From Octopus vulgaris (lineage: Eukaryota): 64,000 bases of DNA. The notes under the pieces are model-generated. The model was not told the DNA's origin, did no database searches, and worked only from the letters and a program-made list of their open reading frames with translations. The stretch is from NCBI GenBank assembly GCA_951406725.2, contig OX597835.1, positions 42,098,001-42,162,000 on the forward strand, written 5' to 3'. Made by a program: the position numbers and the translations under genes. Each line of letters opens with the position of its first letter. Positions within the stretch are counted from its first letter, which is position 1. This document shows positions 38,307 to 52,362 of this stretch, in pieces.

Positions 38307-38725
38307 GGATCTTTACCTTTTGACCCACAGATCTAAAAAATAATTTTTTGTAACTTTCAAACTCCGGACTAACAAAACACTTTCAAACTTCGGGCACTGG
38401 TAGAATGTGTTTGTACTGGTTTTAAGGTTTTAGGGTTAGGGTTGTCAAAAATAACAGTAACAAACGAAAAATACACCGCCGGAAGTTCTTGTTGACAAAC
38501 AACGGCAGTAACTTTATTCAGCTGAATACACGTCATTGATTAGTTGAAATTAACGAAATACGACAACTTTAACGTGAAATTACTTCGTAAATATAAATTT
38601 TTCTCAAAAATGCTAAGAGCAAAAGATGCATTATACGGCACATTCTAACCGTGTCCGAAGTTTAAAAGTGTTTAGTTACAAAAATTTTTTTTTTTTTTAA
38701 TCTGTAGGTCAAAAGGTAAAGATCC
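38307..38725. mobile_element. Merlin-like MITE family 2
   Basis: TIR GGATCTTTACCTTTTGACCYACAGAT; 9-bp TSD cggcatgcc/cagcatgcc; internal TTAGGGTTAGGG; internal similarity to family 1. Confidence 0.8.
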
Positions 38726-38882
38726 CAGCATGCCTCTTCATTTCTTCAGTAAGCTGAGGGTCTGCCGTTATTATTTTCTGAAACAAAGATTTTACATAAT
38801 TAGCAAAAAATGCAGCAATGGCTCCAAAAAGGCATGTCCTCAAATACCTTACGCATATATGTATGTATATATATATATATAT

Positions 38883-39419
38883 AGTCTTTCTAGCATCCTG
38901 TGTACTGATTTCTATGAAATCGCTAGCGAAGGTGAGGACTTTATCTAGCAGTTCTTTAAAGATAGAGGCATAAAAATCGACAATATCGAATTGTGTAAAC
39001 CTTGCTTTTTTCTTATTCTCAATGGCTTTAAACCAGTCGGCGACTTCTATACTATTGGACCATTGTACTAGCCTAGTAGCGGTTTTAAATCTTGCATTTA
39101 TTTTTCCTAAAATTTCTTTACTAATAATCCCAAGTTCTGACTTAGCTGGGTTAATAAGCCTACATTTAAACTTGGATAGGAAGTTCTCTATGTGGTCTTT
39201 GATTGTAATAAAGGCCTCTTTTTGGGGAAGGACTTCTATTTTTTTTATCTAATTTAAGTCTAGCGGCGATAACGCTAGCTTCTTTGTTAATTTCGTTATA
39301 GGTCTGTGGCCTAGCCTTGGTGTAATTATTAATGATGCTGTTGTGTAAGAGTTGTGAATATGTGCTGTTTTCTACCAGGTACAAGTTTTTGGTTTTGTCG
39401 GAAAAAAGTGCCTTTTACT
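38883..39419 (-). mobile_element. Penelope-like element reverse transcriptase fragment
   Basis: SDKTKNLYLVEN..INKEASVIA..LKLD..KEAFITIKDH.ENF..KCRLINPAKSELGIISK..QW.NS.EV.DWF with frameshifts; (TA)n on the left. Confidence 0.85.
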
Positions 39420-40344
39420 TATATATGGTGTAACATAGCATTGCTGTTCTTCACCCATCCCGTACCAGTTGGAGCCCTTTGCTATGAGGGATCGGTGAAC
39501 AAAAGGTTAGTTTTCCCTCGAGCTGATTAGACATTAAATACAGGAAGTAAGAACAGGAGAAAGCAAGAAATTAACTCTGTAATGTTTAACTAACCAAATC
39601 TTCTATCCTTCCCCATCTATCTACATATCTGTCCGTCCGTCTCCTTTTTGTCTCTACGTATGTATATATATGTACCTATCTTTTTGTCTGATCGTCTGCC
39701 TGCAAGTCCATATGTCTATCTATCTTATTAGTCTGGTCGTCTGTATCTATCAAACCAGCAATAATTCTATTTTATAAATGTCACGGCATGGAGAAAGGCT
39801 GCAACAAGATACATTGGTATCTGATAAATAATACAGTTAAAGTAGCCCTTTTATACAATATTAAGAACAAAGAAGCCTTTGTTTTACTCTATTTTTTCTC
39901 TCTTTTCATGTTCATCTAAATAAATATTTCACTGTGACTTGACATTAAAGCTTTGTTTGACCTTGCGGAAGTCAGAATGTCCTCGAACACAGTGAAGTAT
40001 TTAGTTTTGCTTTAGACAAGCTGTATAAAGATAGTCTTTGTAATGGTGTGTTCGTGGTCCAGGCTTGAAGGGCGGACTTGGAGGAGCTCATTGGAGCTGG
40101 TGTTGGTCTTTCTGTTTTTGTCTTTGAGACAAGGCTAAGAAGAAGGTGGATATGGAAATTTCATTGAGGTGTATGAGTTGTAAAACTATAAAACAAGCAG
40201 ATGTTTGTGTGTGTGTGTGTATGAATAAATATGTTTATGTATATATGTGCGTGTGTATATATGTACACATGTTCATACATACACACACACACACACATAT
40301 ATCTGTACACATGCATATACATGTGCATATATATAAATATATAT

Positions 40345-40397
<53 letters not shown>

Positions 40398-40449
40398 TAC
40401 ATACATACATACATACACACACATAATTTCTGGGCGGGGTCCCTTTTTC

Positions 40450-40480
<31 letters not shown>

Positions 40481-42328
40481 TGAAGACCTTCAAACTTGAG
40501 AAATTGATAGTCTGAGAGTCGTAGGAAATGATTCTACTGGAATAGGTGATGTCGGGTGTATGGGTAGGTGGGTGGATGGTTGAACTTATCAACAACCAAA
40601 GCAGAAACGATAAAAACAAAAAAAGAATACCAACGAAAGATACTAAGCAGATGAAGTCATGTTTAGGGAACTTGATCATCCCTTGGTGGGAGGAAATATC
40701 ATGAACATTTCGTCCCTTGGTGGGAAATATCATGAACATTTCTATAAAGGGAGCAATTGAGTTTGGAAAGATGAAACTGGTTTGACTTAAGACTAATGAT
40801 TCTTTTGAGAATAATGGTTAATGGAGATTTTGATGTTCTAATGAAAAATAAACTAATTTCTCTCAAAAAGAAGTTGGGTAGGAACTAACAAGGAAGCCTC
40901 TATAGAATCACTCAATTTGCTAGAAATAGCAACGAAATCTCTCTTTCTTTCTCTCTCTCTCTTTCTCTAATCACATGATATCAGTTTTTGTTGATTTTTT
41001 TATTTTTAATTCTTTTACTCTTTTGCTTGATTCAGTCCTCTGACTCTGGCCAGGACTTATTTTTTGTAACCCTAGTACTTATTCTACCTGTCTCTTTTTT
41101 TGCTGAACTGCTATGTTAGGGGGACGTAAACGTACCAACATCGGCTGTCAAGCAATGGTGGGGGACAAACACAAAGACACATACATACATACATACATGC
41201 ATGCATGTATGATGGGCTTCTTTCAGTTTTCAACTGCCAAATCCACTCACAAGGCTTAAACAGAATTCATAAAGAATTCATTCTTAAAATACCTTAGAAT
41301 TAGCCATTGCAGACCTCTAAATAATTTTGAGAAAGGAGAATTTTGCTATAATAAAATTCTTGATAGCCTGGCACTCCATTGGTTATGATGATAAGGGTTC
41401 CAGGTAATCTAATCAATGGAACAACTTGCTTGTGCAATTAACATGCAAGTGGCTGAGTATTCCATAGACATGTGGACCTTTACTGTTGTTCTTGGGGAGG
41501 TTCAGTATGGCACAGAATGTGGCTAAGCTGGCTCTTTGAAATGACGAACACTTGTGCTGGTGCCATCTAAGGGCACCCAGCACACTCTGTAAAGTGGTTG
41601 GCATTAGGAAGGGCATCCAGGTGTAGAAACCATTCCAAAACAGACAATTGGAGTTTGGTGCAGCTCTCTGGCTGGTCAGCTCCTGTCAACCTGTCCAACT
41701 CGTGTTCAGTATGAAAAATGGACATTAGATAATGATGATGACAACGACCATGAGTGAACTGGAGCAACCTGAAATAAAGTGTCTTGCCCAAGAATACAAT
41801 ACACTGTTGGATATCGAACCCACGACCTTATGGTTGTGAGCCAAATACCCTACCCACTAAGCCATGTACCTGATATTCTAGGGCTCACTCCCACGCACAC
41901 ACCTTCATATTTTAACAAAGTTATTTCATACACTCCTTCATGTATGAAATTTTTTTAGACAGGTACCCCTTATATCACCTGATTACTTAACACACACCTT
42001 TATATGTTAATTAAGTTATTTTAACACATAGTTTCATATATTAACTAGTTACGTAGGTATGTAGCTTGCCTACATAATTTACACCTTCAGATGTGTGTTT
42101 GTGTGTTTTGCATGTATGTATAATTATATGTGTATTTATATGCATATATCGTGTGTATATGTGTGTGTGAGTGTGTATGCATATATATGTGAATGTATGT
42201 ATTGTATATATATGTATGTATTTATATCTATCTGTCTATCTATATATATATATATATATATGTACATACACTTATGTATGCATATGTGTGTGTATATATA
42301 CATGCATACACACCTATACATACACATG

Positions 42329-42376
<48 letters not shown>

Positions 42377-43174
42377 TACACTTATGTATGCATATGTGTG
42401 TATATATGCACACACATACACCTATACACACACACACACACATATATATATACACACACACACACACACAATCTTTACTTCCTTGCTCATTGTTATGTTT
42501 CTAATAACATATGCTGTTCACACCTTAGACCCTCCTTTTCTATTGAACTTCACACAAATGCCATTGACGCCACCTACGTGTTCCCACCATGACCATTCCT
42601 GTAATTATATCGAAATCGTTAGGATGGTCTCCATTCAGAAGGTGAAAACTCACCCCATTCATAAAATTTCAATCTAAATTACTGAAAATTATTCAACTCC
42701 ATGTATTTATACCCACCCCTGCTCCACTACCACCACGACCACCATCTTCATCACTTAACTTTGGTCAGCCTGGGGCTATAGTAGAAGACGCTTGTCCAAG
42801 GTGCCAAGCAATGAGATTGAACCTGAAACCATGTGGTTGGGAAGCGAACTTATCATGTAGCCATGCCTGCTTGTACAACATTGCATGAATGTAAATGGTA
42901 GTGGTGGTAGTTGTCATAGTGGTGATGATGGGGGGAAACTTCCTCGTTAACTTCTAATCAACCTAAGTGCAAAAAAAAAAATTTGGTAATTTCAATATTG
43001 TACATAATTAGTAAAAGTAGTGCATAACCTGTGGAAAATCCATGGGTGGTGAATGTATAGTTGATTGCTTAATTAATTGCTTGAAATGAAACGGGTAATT
43101 ACAGGATTAATTAATTAAAATACATGTTTCCCTTAATCATCACATCCAATTTTGTATGCTTGCATGAGTTAAAC

Positions 43175-43853
43175 CAGGGGTTCTCAACTGGGGTCCATAT
43201 AAGACTTTTGAGAGTCCATGGATGCAATGTAGTGAATTGGGGATTCACAGTAATTATTGAAGGGGCCATGAGAAAAGTTGAGCATCAGACCGGTAAAGTT
43301 TATGTACAGTAAATTAGTTATAGGCACAGGAGTGGCTGTGTAGTAAGAAGCTTGCTTCCCAACCATATGGTTCCGGGTTCAGTCCCACTGTGTGGCACCT
43401 TGGGCAAGTGTCTTCTACTATAGTCTCGGGCCAACCAAGGCCTTGTGTGTGGATATGGTAGATGGAAACTGAAAGAAGCCTATTGTCTATATGTGTGTGT
43501 TTGTGTGTCTTTGTTTGTCCCCCTGCCATCGCTTGACACTCAATGCTGATGTGTTTACATCCCTGTAACTTAGTGGTTCAGCAAAGGAGATCAATAGAAT
43601 AAGTACTAGGCTTACAAAGTCCTGGGGTCGATTTGCTCGACTAAAGGTGGTGCTCGCAGTCAAGTAAATAAAAAATGAATACATCCCTAATACATAAAAT
43701 ATTTTAACAATTACTTTTATATGAGTCCTAATAATATTTAATTATAAAAACATAATGGGATTTTCTAAACACTGAATAGCTATAGGGGTGGGGGCACACA
43801 AGTAAAAGAGGGTCCAAAAGGGTCCGTAGATAAAAAATGGTTGAGAACCCGTG
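43175..43853. mobile_element. hAT-type MITE with nested SINE family C (43322-43670)
   Basis: CAGGGGTTCTCAAC / GTTGAGAACCCGTG termini; degenerate 8-bp TSD agttaaac/agttagtc. Confidence 0.7.
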
Positions 43854-44434
43854 AGTTAGTCAGTTTTTATTGAGGTAGATTTTTTCCTACAGCTAGATGC
43901 CCTTCCTGTTGCCAACCCTTGTTGTCCATGCAAGGTAATATTTCCCTATGGCCAGACATGTTTTGGTAGAAGATTGGAAATGAACGCCACATGTATGACA
44001 GTGACACTCGTTTACAACTATCACACAATTGGCACTCCGTTGGTTGTGATGACGAGGGGTTTCAGTTGATCTGATCAATGGAACTGCCTGCTTGTGAAAT
44101 CAAGATCCAAGTGGCTGAGAGCACCACAGACATGTGTACCCTTAATGTAGTTCTCGTGGAGATTCAGTGCAGCACAGAATGTGACGAGGCTGGCCCCTTT
44201 GAATTACTGGTACCACTCACTTTTGCTACATGAGTGGAATGAAGCAACACAAAATAAAGTGTCTTGCTCAAGAACACAATACACTGCCAGGAGTCAAACT
44301 TACGACCTTTCGATTGTGAGTCGAATGCCTTAACCACTGAGCCATGGGCCTTTCACTATCACACAGTGTGAAGACAAGGAGACATAAGCGTACACACAGC
44401 CACATGCATTCATACTCGCACACACACACACACA

Positions 44435-44977
44435 TTTGAAGCCAAAAGTTTGGAACACAGGTTTGTAAATTAGAATTGAAACAGGGCATCAGTTATTAAT
44501 TATTGGATCAATTATTAGTTACAGTGTAGATATTTGAATTGAATTGTATTGCCAGCCTCGTCTGGCACCTGTGCTGGTGGCACATAAAAAGCACCCACTA
44601 CACTCACGGAGTGGTTGGCGTTAGGAAGGGCATCCAGCCGTAGAAACATTGCCAGATCAGACTGGGCCTGGTGCAGCCTTCTGGCTTCCCAGACCCCAGT
44701 TGAACCATCCAACCCATCCCAGCATGGAAAGCGGACACTAAATGATGATGATGATGATGATGATGTATTTGGCCTTAAAAATTTTGATTTATAAAAAAAT
44801 GTTTGAAACTTTTGGCCACGACTGTATATGTTCAGATATTCCCCTCTCAAATTCACACACTTATTGCAGGGGTCCTTCAGTTTTACTCAGCCTTGTATAA
44901 GAACTCAAAAGGCTGGGTCTCCAACCAGACCTTTTGTGATACCCTTAAAACCAGGAACTTTTCAGCAACCCCTCGTG
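44435..44977. mobile_element. Tc1-like and mariner-derived MITE remnants with nested RTE-tail element (44550-44765)
   Basis: GCCAAAAGTTT / AAACTTTTGGCCACGACTGTA TIR pair; minus-strand CGAGGGGTTGCTGAAAAGTTCC and mariner C-terminal KCVNLRGEY. Confidence 0.55.
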
Positions 44978-45377
44978 TCTACAGAATCCAAATAATACAG
45001 AACCGATTGCATCTGATCATTAAAGATGTGTTAAAGTATTTCTTTGTCTCGTTATTGGGATTATAATTGACTTTTTGCTAAACTTTCACAATGAGTTTAG
45101 CGAAGAGTAAAATCCGTCGTGAAACCAGGATTTTCTGCACCTGAAGAATTTTTGCATTAGTTTGGAATCTGATAGTGTTGATAGCCAAGAACTTGGGTTG
45201 AGTGCAGCATTGGGAATACCCTTCTTCGTACCCTACCAGAACCTTATATATTATGTATGTATGTACATATGGATGGATGGATGCATGCATGCATGTATAC
45301 ATGCATGCATGTATATATGTATGTGTATATATATATATATGTGTGTATATATATGTGTATATATATGTATGTATATG

Positions 45378-45412
<35 letters not shown>

Positions 45413-45537
45413 GTATATATGTGGACATATGTATGTATATATATCTGTGTATGTATATATATATATATGTATATGTGTATATATATATGTATATATATGT
45501 ATATGTGTGTATATATACGTCTGTGTTTGTGTGTGTG

Positions 45538-46381
<844 letters not shown>

Positions 46382-46452
46382 GTGGACATATGTATGTATA
46401 TATATCTGTGTATGTATATATATATATATGTATATGTGTATATATATAGATA

Positions 46453-46974
46453 TAGCCTCTAGAAGATAGCCTCTATGCAGAATGTAAGCTACTGGGAAAG
46501 ACTCAAGAGATTAAAATTATATTCCCTGGAGCGTAGGCGGGAAAGATATGCCATAATATACATCTGGAAGATCCTGGAGGGAAGTGTCCTGAACTTTGGC
46601 ATCGAGAGTTACGCAAATGCCAGAACTGGGCGCCACTGCGTGGTGCCTAGGACTCCAAACCTGCCATCAAGATGTAGGACAAGACTCTGTGATAGCCTGG
46701 GCTTCCGAGGCCCACAGCTCTTCAATATCCTCCCGAAGAACCTGAGAGACCTGCATGGGGTGGATACAGATGTCTTTAAAATGAAGCTGGATCTCTTCCT
46801 GTCAGGTGTCCCAGATGAACCAACTTCACGGCAGGAGGGGCAGATGAGGGCAGCTGCATCGAACTCTCTCATGCACCAAATAGCAGTTGCTAGAAAGCCT
46901 CCATGAAGTGAAACCAAGTAGCAACACCAAATGGCGGTGCCCCAGCATGGCCACAGCTCATAGGCTGAAACTAG

Positions 46975-47003
<29 letters not shown>
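46453..47003 (+). mobile_element. CR1-clade LINE 3' end (RT C-terminus plus UTR)
   Basis: Uninterrupted [56 protein letters not shown]; (TCAA)n tail. Confidence 0.9.
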
Positions 47004-47006
<3 letters not shown>

Positions 47007-47034
47007 TAAGAGTCAGTGACTTCAGTATTCAGCT

Positions 47035-47096
<62 letters not shown>

Positions 47097-47257
47097 TTGG
47101 GATAGACTTCCAAATTATATGAGTAGGTGAGGTGGTACTTATCTTACCCTGGATCACTTTTCTAATGAGGAGCCGACTTTCAAACTGTGGTGATCCCATC
47201 ATATTTTCAGACATTGTGTATCTAAGACTGCATCATTTAATGTACACTTTTTATAAT

Positions 47258-47276
47258 TTACTATTATTATTATTAA

Positions 47277-47326
<50 letters not shown>

Positions 47327-47537
47327 TCATCATTATTATCATTATCATCATCATCATCATCATCATTATTTTTATTATTATTATTATTATTATCATTATT
47401 ATTATTATCATTATCATCATCATCATTTTTATTATTATTATTATTATTATCATTATTTATTATTATTATTATCATTATTATTATTATTATTATTATCATT
47501 ATTATCATCATCATCATTATTATCATCATCATCATTA

Positions 47538-47577
<40 letters not shown>

Positions 47578-47790
47578 CATTATTATTATTATTTTTTATT
47601 ATTATTATTATTATTAATATTATTATTACTATTATTATTATTATTATCATCATCATCATCATTATTATCATCATCATCATTATTTTTATTTTATTATTAT
47701 TATCATTATTATTATTATCATCATCATCATCATCATCATCATTTTTATTATTATTATTATTATTATTATCATTATTTATTATTATTATTA

Positions 47791-47821
<31 letters not shown>

Positions 47822-47850
47822 CATTATTATTATTATTATTATCGTTATTA
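47258..47850. repeat. Compound (ATT)n/(ATC)n microsatellite with higher-order duplication
   Basis: Read directly. Confidence 0.9.
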
Positions 47851-48394
47851 TGAAACAAAGTAGGATGAAACTGGAGTTTAATAGCTTCTACAGATGAGGA
47901 AATTACACATTGAAGATCTATTTAAAGAATAACCGAATCCGAGACGAAGATCTGATCTGAGTTTAAATTAGAAGGGAAATATTAAAAGGGGGGGAAAAAA
48001 AAAAGCGGAAAGGAAAATAAGGAAGCGTTGGAGATTTTCTGCAGAAGTCTGCAGACCATTCTTATTTACCATGCTGGTTTGTTGTTGTCGTTCTGGGTGT
48101 GTAGACCAAGTGGTATCCTGTTTCGCATGTGGTGGATTTAACATGTAAATGAAGACCGGGAGATTAAAGGCGTTTTGGAATTAAAGAAATTTATGTATTT
48201 AGGGTAAGATTACTATTCGTGAATTTGGGACTTGTTTATCTAAGTGTTAAGTGTGTGTGTGTATTTATATATATGTGTGGTGTATATATAAATGTATATA
48301 GTTATATATTTGCGTGCATATATGTATGTGTAAATATATACACGCTGAAATGTTTGTGTGTGTGCGTGTGTATGTATGTAAATATATATATCAT

Positions 48395-48689
48395 CATCAT
48401 CATCATCATCATCATTTAGCGTCCGTTTTCCATGCTAGCATGGGTTGGACGGTTCAACTGGGGTCTGTAAAGCTGGAAGGCTTCATCAGGCCCAGTCAGA
48501 TCTGGCAGTGTTTCTACAGCTGGATGCCCTTCCTAACGCCAACCACTCCGTGAGTGTAGTAGGTGCTTTTTACGTGCCACCCGCACAGGTGCCAGACAGA
48601 GCTGGCAAACGGCCACGAACGGATGGTGCTTTTACGTGTCACCGGCACGGGGGCCAGGCGAAGCTGGCAACGGACACGAACGGATGGTG

Positions 48690-48690
<1 letters not shown>
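48395..48690 (-). mobile_element. RTE-derived tail element (family D)
   Basis: Reverse complement of 18970-19172 plus internal ~45-bp repeats. Confidence 0.8.
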
Positions 48691-48743
<53 letters not shown>

Positions 48744-49785
48744 GTATGTTTATATCTAATTGCATATATATGTGCATATATTACTCTTTTACTTGTTTCA
48801 GTCATTTGACTGTGGCCATGCTGGAGCACCACCTTTAGTCAAGCAAATCGGCCCCCAGGACTTATTCTTTGTAATCCTAGTACTTATTCTATCGGTGTCT
48901 TTTGCCAAACTACTAAGTTTAAAGAATACAGAAAATACACATAGAATATTCACTTTTTAATCTTTGTTGCTGTCATATTAAGTCTTTCTATATTAAAAGG
49001 CTGGCAGAATGGTTAGCATGCCGGGCGGAATACTTAGTGGTATTTCATCCTGTCTTTGTGTTCTGAGTTCAAATTCCGCCAAGGTCTACTCTGCCTTTCA
49101 TCCTTTTGTGTTGATAAATTAAGTACCAGTTGTGTACTGGGGTCAATCTAATTGACTGGCCCCCCACTCCCCAAAAATTTCTGGCCTTGTGCCTAGAGTA
49201 GAAGAGAATATTATGTTCTTCTGTGTGTGTGTGTGTCTTAGTAATTATCATCATCATCATCATGGGGATTAGCCAATGTAAATATGATTATTCTCTCAGA
49301 TTCACCTAAACTACACACCTAATATCTTATTGCATAACACCTTTCTTAAGAAAACATAATAAACCTCCCCTAAATCACGTCACTAAACCATCTTTAGAAG
49401 CCGGTGTCATGGGTTCAAATCCAAGCTGAGTCACCTGATAACATCTCTTATTTATGGCATTTCCTGTCAGAGTTTTTATTTTTTTTCCTTTGGGTGGAGA
49501 TTGCTTGTGTGATTGACGTGGGTGGCATGGCACAGCGGGAGTTGTTTCAGTAAGAAAGACTTGTTGTCATTTGAAATGGCTAATCCTTCATATATGTATG
49601 ATGTTTTCTCTATAGATGCAGGTGTGACTGTGTGACAAGAAGCTTCCTTCCGAACCACATGGTTCCAGGTTCAGTCCCACTGCATGGCACCTTGAGCAAG
49701 CATCGTCTACTATAGCCTTGGGCTGACAAAAGCCTTGTGACAGAAACTGGAAGAAGCCTGTTATTTTGTTATCTTACCGTTTTTA

Positions 49786-49834
<49 letters not shown>

Positions 49835-49836
<2 letters not shown>

Positions 49837-50287
49837 CATCATCATCATCATTTAAAAACATCCGTTCTCCATGCTAGCATGGGTTGGACGGTTCGACCGG
49901 GGATCTGGGAAGCCAGAAGGCTGCACCAGGCTCCGGTCTTTTCTGGCAATGTTTCTACAGCTGGATGCCCTTCCTAACGCCAACCACTCCATGAGTGTAG
50001 TGGGTGCTTTTTACGTGCCACCTGCACGGAAGCCAGTCAAGGCGGCACTGGCATCGGCCACGGTCGGATTGGTGCATTTTACGTGCCACCTGCACAGAAG
50101 CCAGTCGAGGCAGCACTGGCTTCGGCCACGATTCGGATGGTGCTTTTTACGTGCCACCGACACGGAACCCAGTCGAGGCGGCGCTGGCATCGGCCACGAT
50201 TCGGATAGTGCTTTTTACGTATCTCCAGTCCAGGGGTCCTGGCATCTGCCGGATGCCAGTCATAGGATTGGTTCAATTTCGATTCCG
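49835..50287 (-). mobile_element. RTE-derived tail element (family D) with internal ~58-bp tandem repeats
   Basis: Repeated GGTGCTTTTTACGTGCCACC units. Confidence 0.8.
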
Positions 50288-50290
50288 ATT

Positions 50291-50375
<85 letters not shown>

Positions 50376-50905
50376 TCTTGTGGTTAGGCTGTTGGACTCT
50401 TGATTGTGGGTTTGATTCCTTAACTGGGCGACACGTTGTGTTCTTCAGTAAAACACTTTGTTTCATGTTGCTCCAGTTCCCCTTTCGATCAGGGGGGAAT
50501 GTTGGCCTGCTCACTTAGCCAGCAGGGTAGTGTCATTTGAAGACTAAAACAGTTCAAAAGTGCATTGTGATCAGCGATGTGTAACAACATCCGATAACCT
50601 GGTCGGTCATGTGATCATGTGATGTATATATATATTCATGTATGTGTGTCTTTCTGTCTGTGTTTGTCCCCCCCCCCCCCACACCACCACTCGACAACTG
50701 GTACTGGTTTGTTTACGTTCCTGTAACTTAGCTGTTTGACATACGGGATCGATAGAATATGACCAGGCTTTTAACAAAAAAAAAATGTCCTGGGATCAAT
50801 TCATTTAAGTAAAACTTCTTCAAGGCAGTGCCCCAGCATGGCCATAGCCTAATGACTGAAGCAAGTGATAATTGTAGGATGGTGGTGGTAGTGGTGGTGG
50901 TGGTG

Positions 50906-50946
<41 letters not shown>

Positions 50947-51059
50947 TGCTGTTGTAGTTGGAGTGGTAGTTGGATTATTGGTGATAGTGGTGTTAGTCTG
51001 TGTCCAATACTATAATAAAAATAAGGCGTTAAAAACCACCAGCATACCTGTTCAAATAC

Positions 51060-51445
51060 TAAAGGTGTAAGGTACTTATCTCATTTATAAGTATCCTAAT
51101 ATTAGGGTATGTTAAGATATCTCAGCTACAAATATCCTAACTTGTACTTCAGGGTACTTTAAAATATCTTGCAAATGCCCTAACATTTCCATCTTAGAGC
51201 ACATTGAAATAACATGTACTTTAGGGTACTTTAAACTAATCTCATTCGTAACTGCCTTAAAATAGCCGATTCAGGGTACATTAAAATGTCGCGTTTAAAG
51301 GTACTCCAACATTGCTGATTCAAGGGTACTTTGAAATTACTCATAATTACTGTAACTGAGCTAAATTAACGTACATTAAGACATGTCATTTACAATACTT
51401 TAATTTACAACTACCCTAAAATAGTTCATTCAGGGTATTCTAGGG
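51060..51445. repeat. Degenerate ~50-bp minisatellite (recurring TCAGGGTACTTTAAAAT)
   Basis: AGGGTAC/AGGGTAT motif recurs about seven times. Confidence 0.5.
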
Positions 51446-51901
51446 TGTTTCTTTTAAGCTATTCTAAACGTGTAGATGGAAACTGAAAGAAGCCTGTCGT
51501 ATATATATGTATGTGTATGTGTGTTTGTGTGTCTATGTTTGTCCCCCTAGCATTGCTTGACAACCAATGCTGGTGTGTTTACGTCCCCGTCACTTAGCGG
51601 TTCAGCAAAAGAGACCGATAGAATAAGTACTAGGCTTACAAAGAATAAGTCCTGGGGTCGATTTGCTCGACTAAAGGCAGTGCTCCAGCCTGGCTGCAGT
51701 CAAATGACTGAAACAAGTAAAAGAGTAAAAGAGTAAAAGAGTGTAGAATGTGGTTTTGAAAGTGTTAATCCATGTAACTCTGCACATTCCAGTACCATTA
51801 TTTTGGTGCTAAGATTTGAATGGCATCACCCCTGCTTATTTACAACCATTTACCCCACCACCACATCTTCCGTGCCCTCATAGAAAGCTGATCTAAAAAC
51901 A

Positions 51902-51939
<38 letters not shown>

Positions 51940-52331
51940 ACACATATATGCACAAATATATATATAGAGAGAGAGAAAAAAGACACGTATATATGTATGT
52001 GGTGGATTAATTAGTTTTAAAATTCTTCAGTCATCTCACTACTATTTTTTCAACAGTCTCTAATTTATTTCAAACATATAATTGTGTGAGTGTGTGTTTT
52101 TGTATGTATATATGTATGTATGCATGCATATATGTGTGTGTGTATGTATGTGTGTGTGTGTGTGTACATATATGTATGCATATATGAACATACACAGACA
52201 CACATATATATGCATACATATATACATACATACACACAGACACTCACACACACACATATATGCATACATACATACATATATACATATATGCATACATACA
52301 GACACTCACACACACATATATATACATGCAT

Positions 52332-52362
<31 letters not shown>

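Larger units (their letters stand above)
37245..38855 (-). mobile_element. Tc1/mariner (maT/DD37D-like) transposase relic with nested Helitron and MITE
   Basis: Reconstructed MKRHAVIVVIKAE..LKVARSF..IAKDLHVSEGTV..VYEDIRC..WFFSNKKNFDQDQKVNRRNERW..HTKFPATVMVLGV; frame restored when the insertions are removed. Confidence 0.8.

Noticed and set aside
37960-38328. Intact 122-aa protein
   Set aside because: Chimeric ORF: it starts in a MITE TIR, crosses a transposase fragment and ends in a Helitron
46475-46906. Host protein-coding gene (143 aa)
   Set aside because: It is the CR1 LINE reverse transcriptase C-terminus
47885-47950. Hammerhead-like CAGATGA-GGA...TCC-GAGAC
   Set aside because: Both core segments are mutated and there is no convincing stem I or stem III
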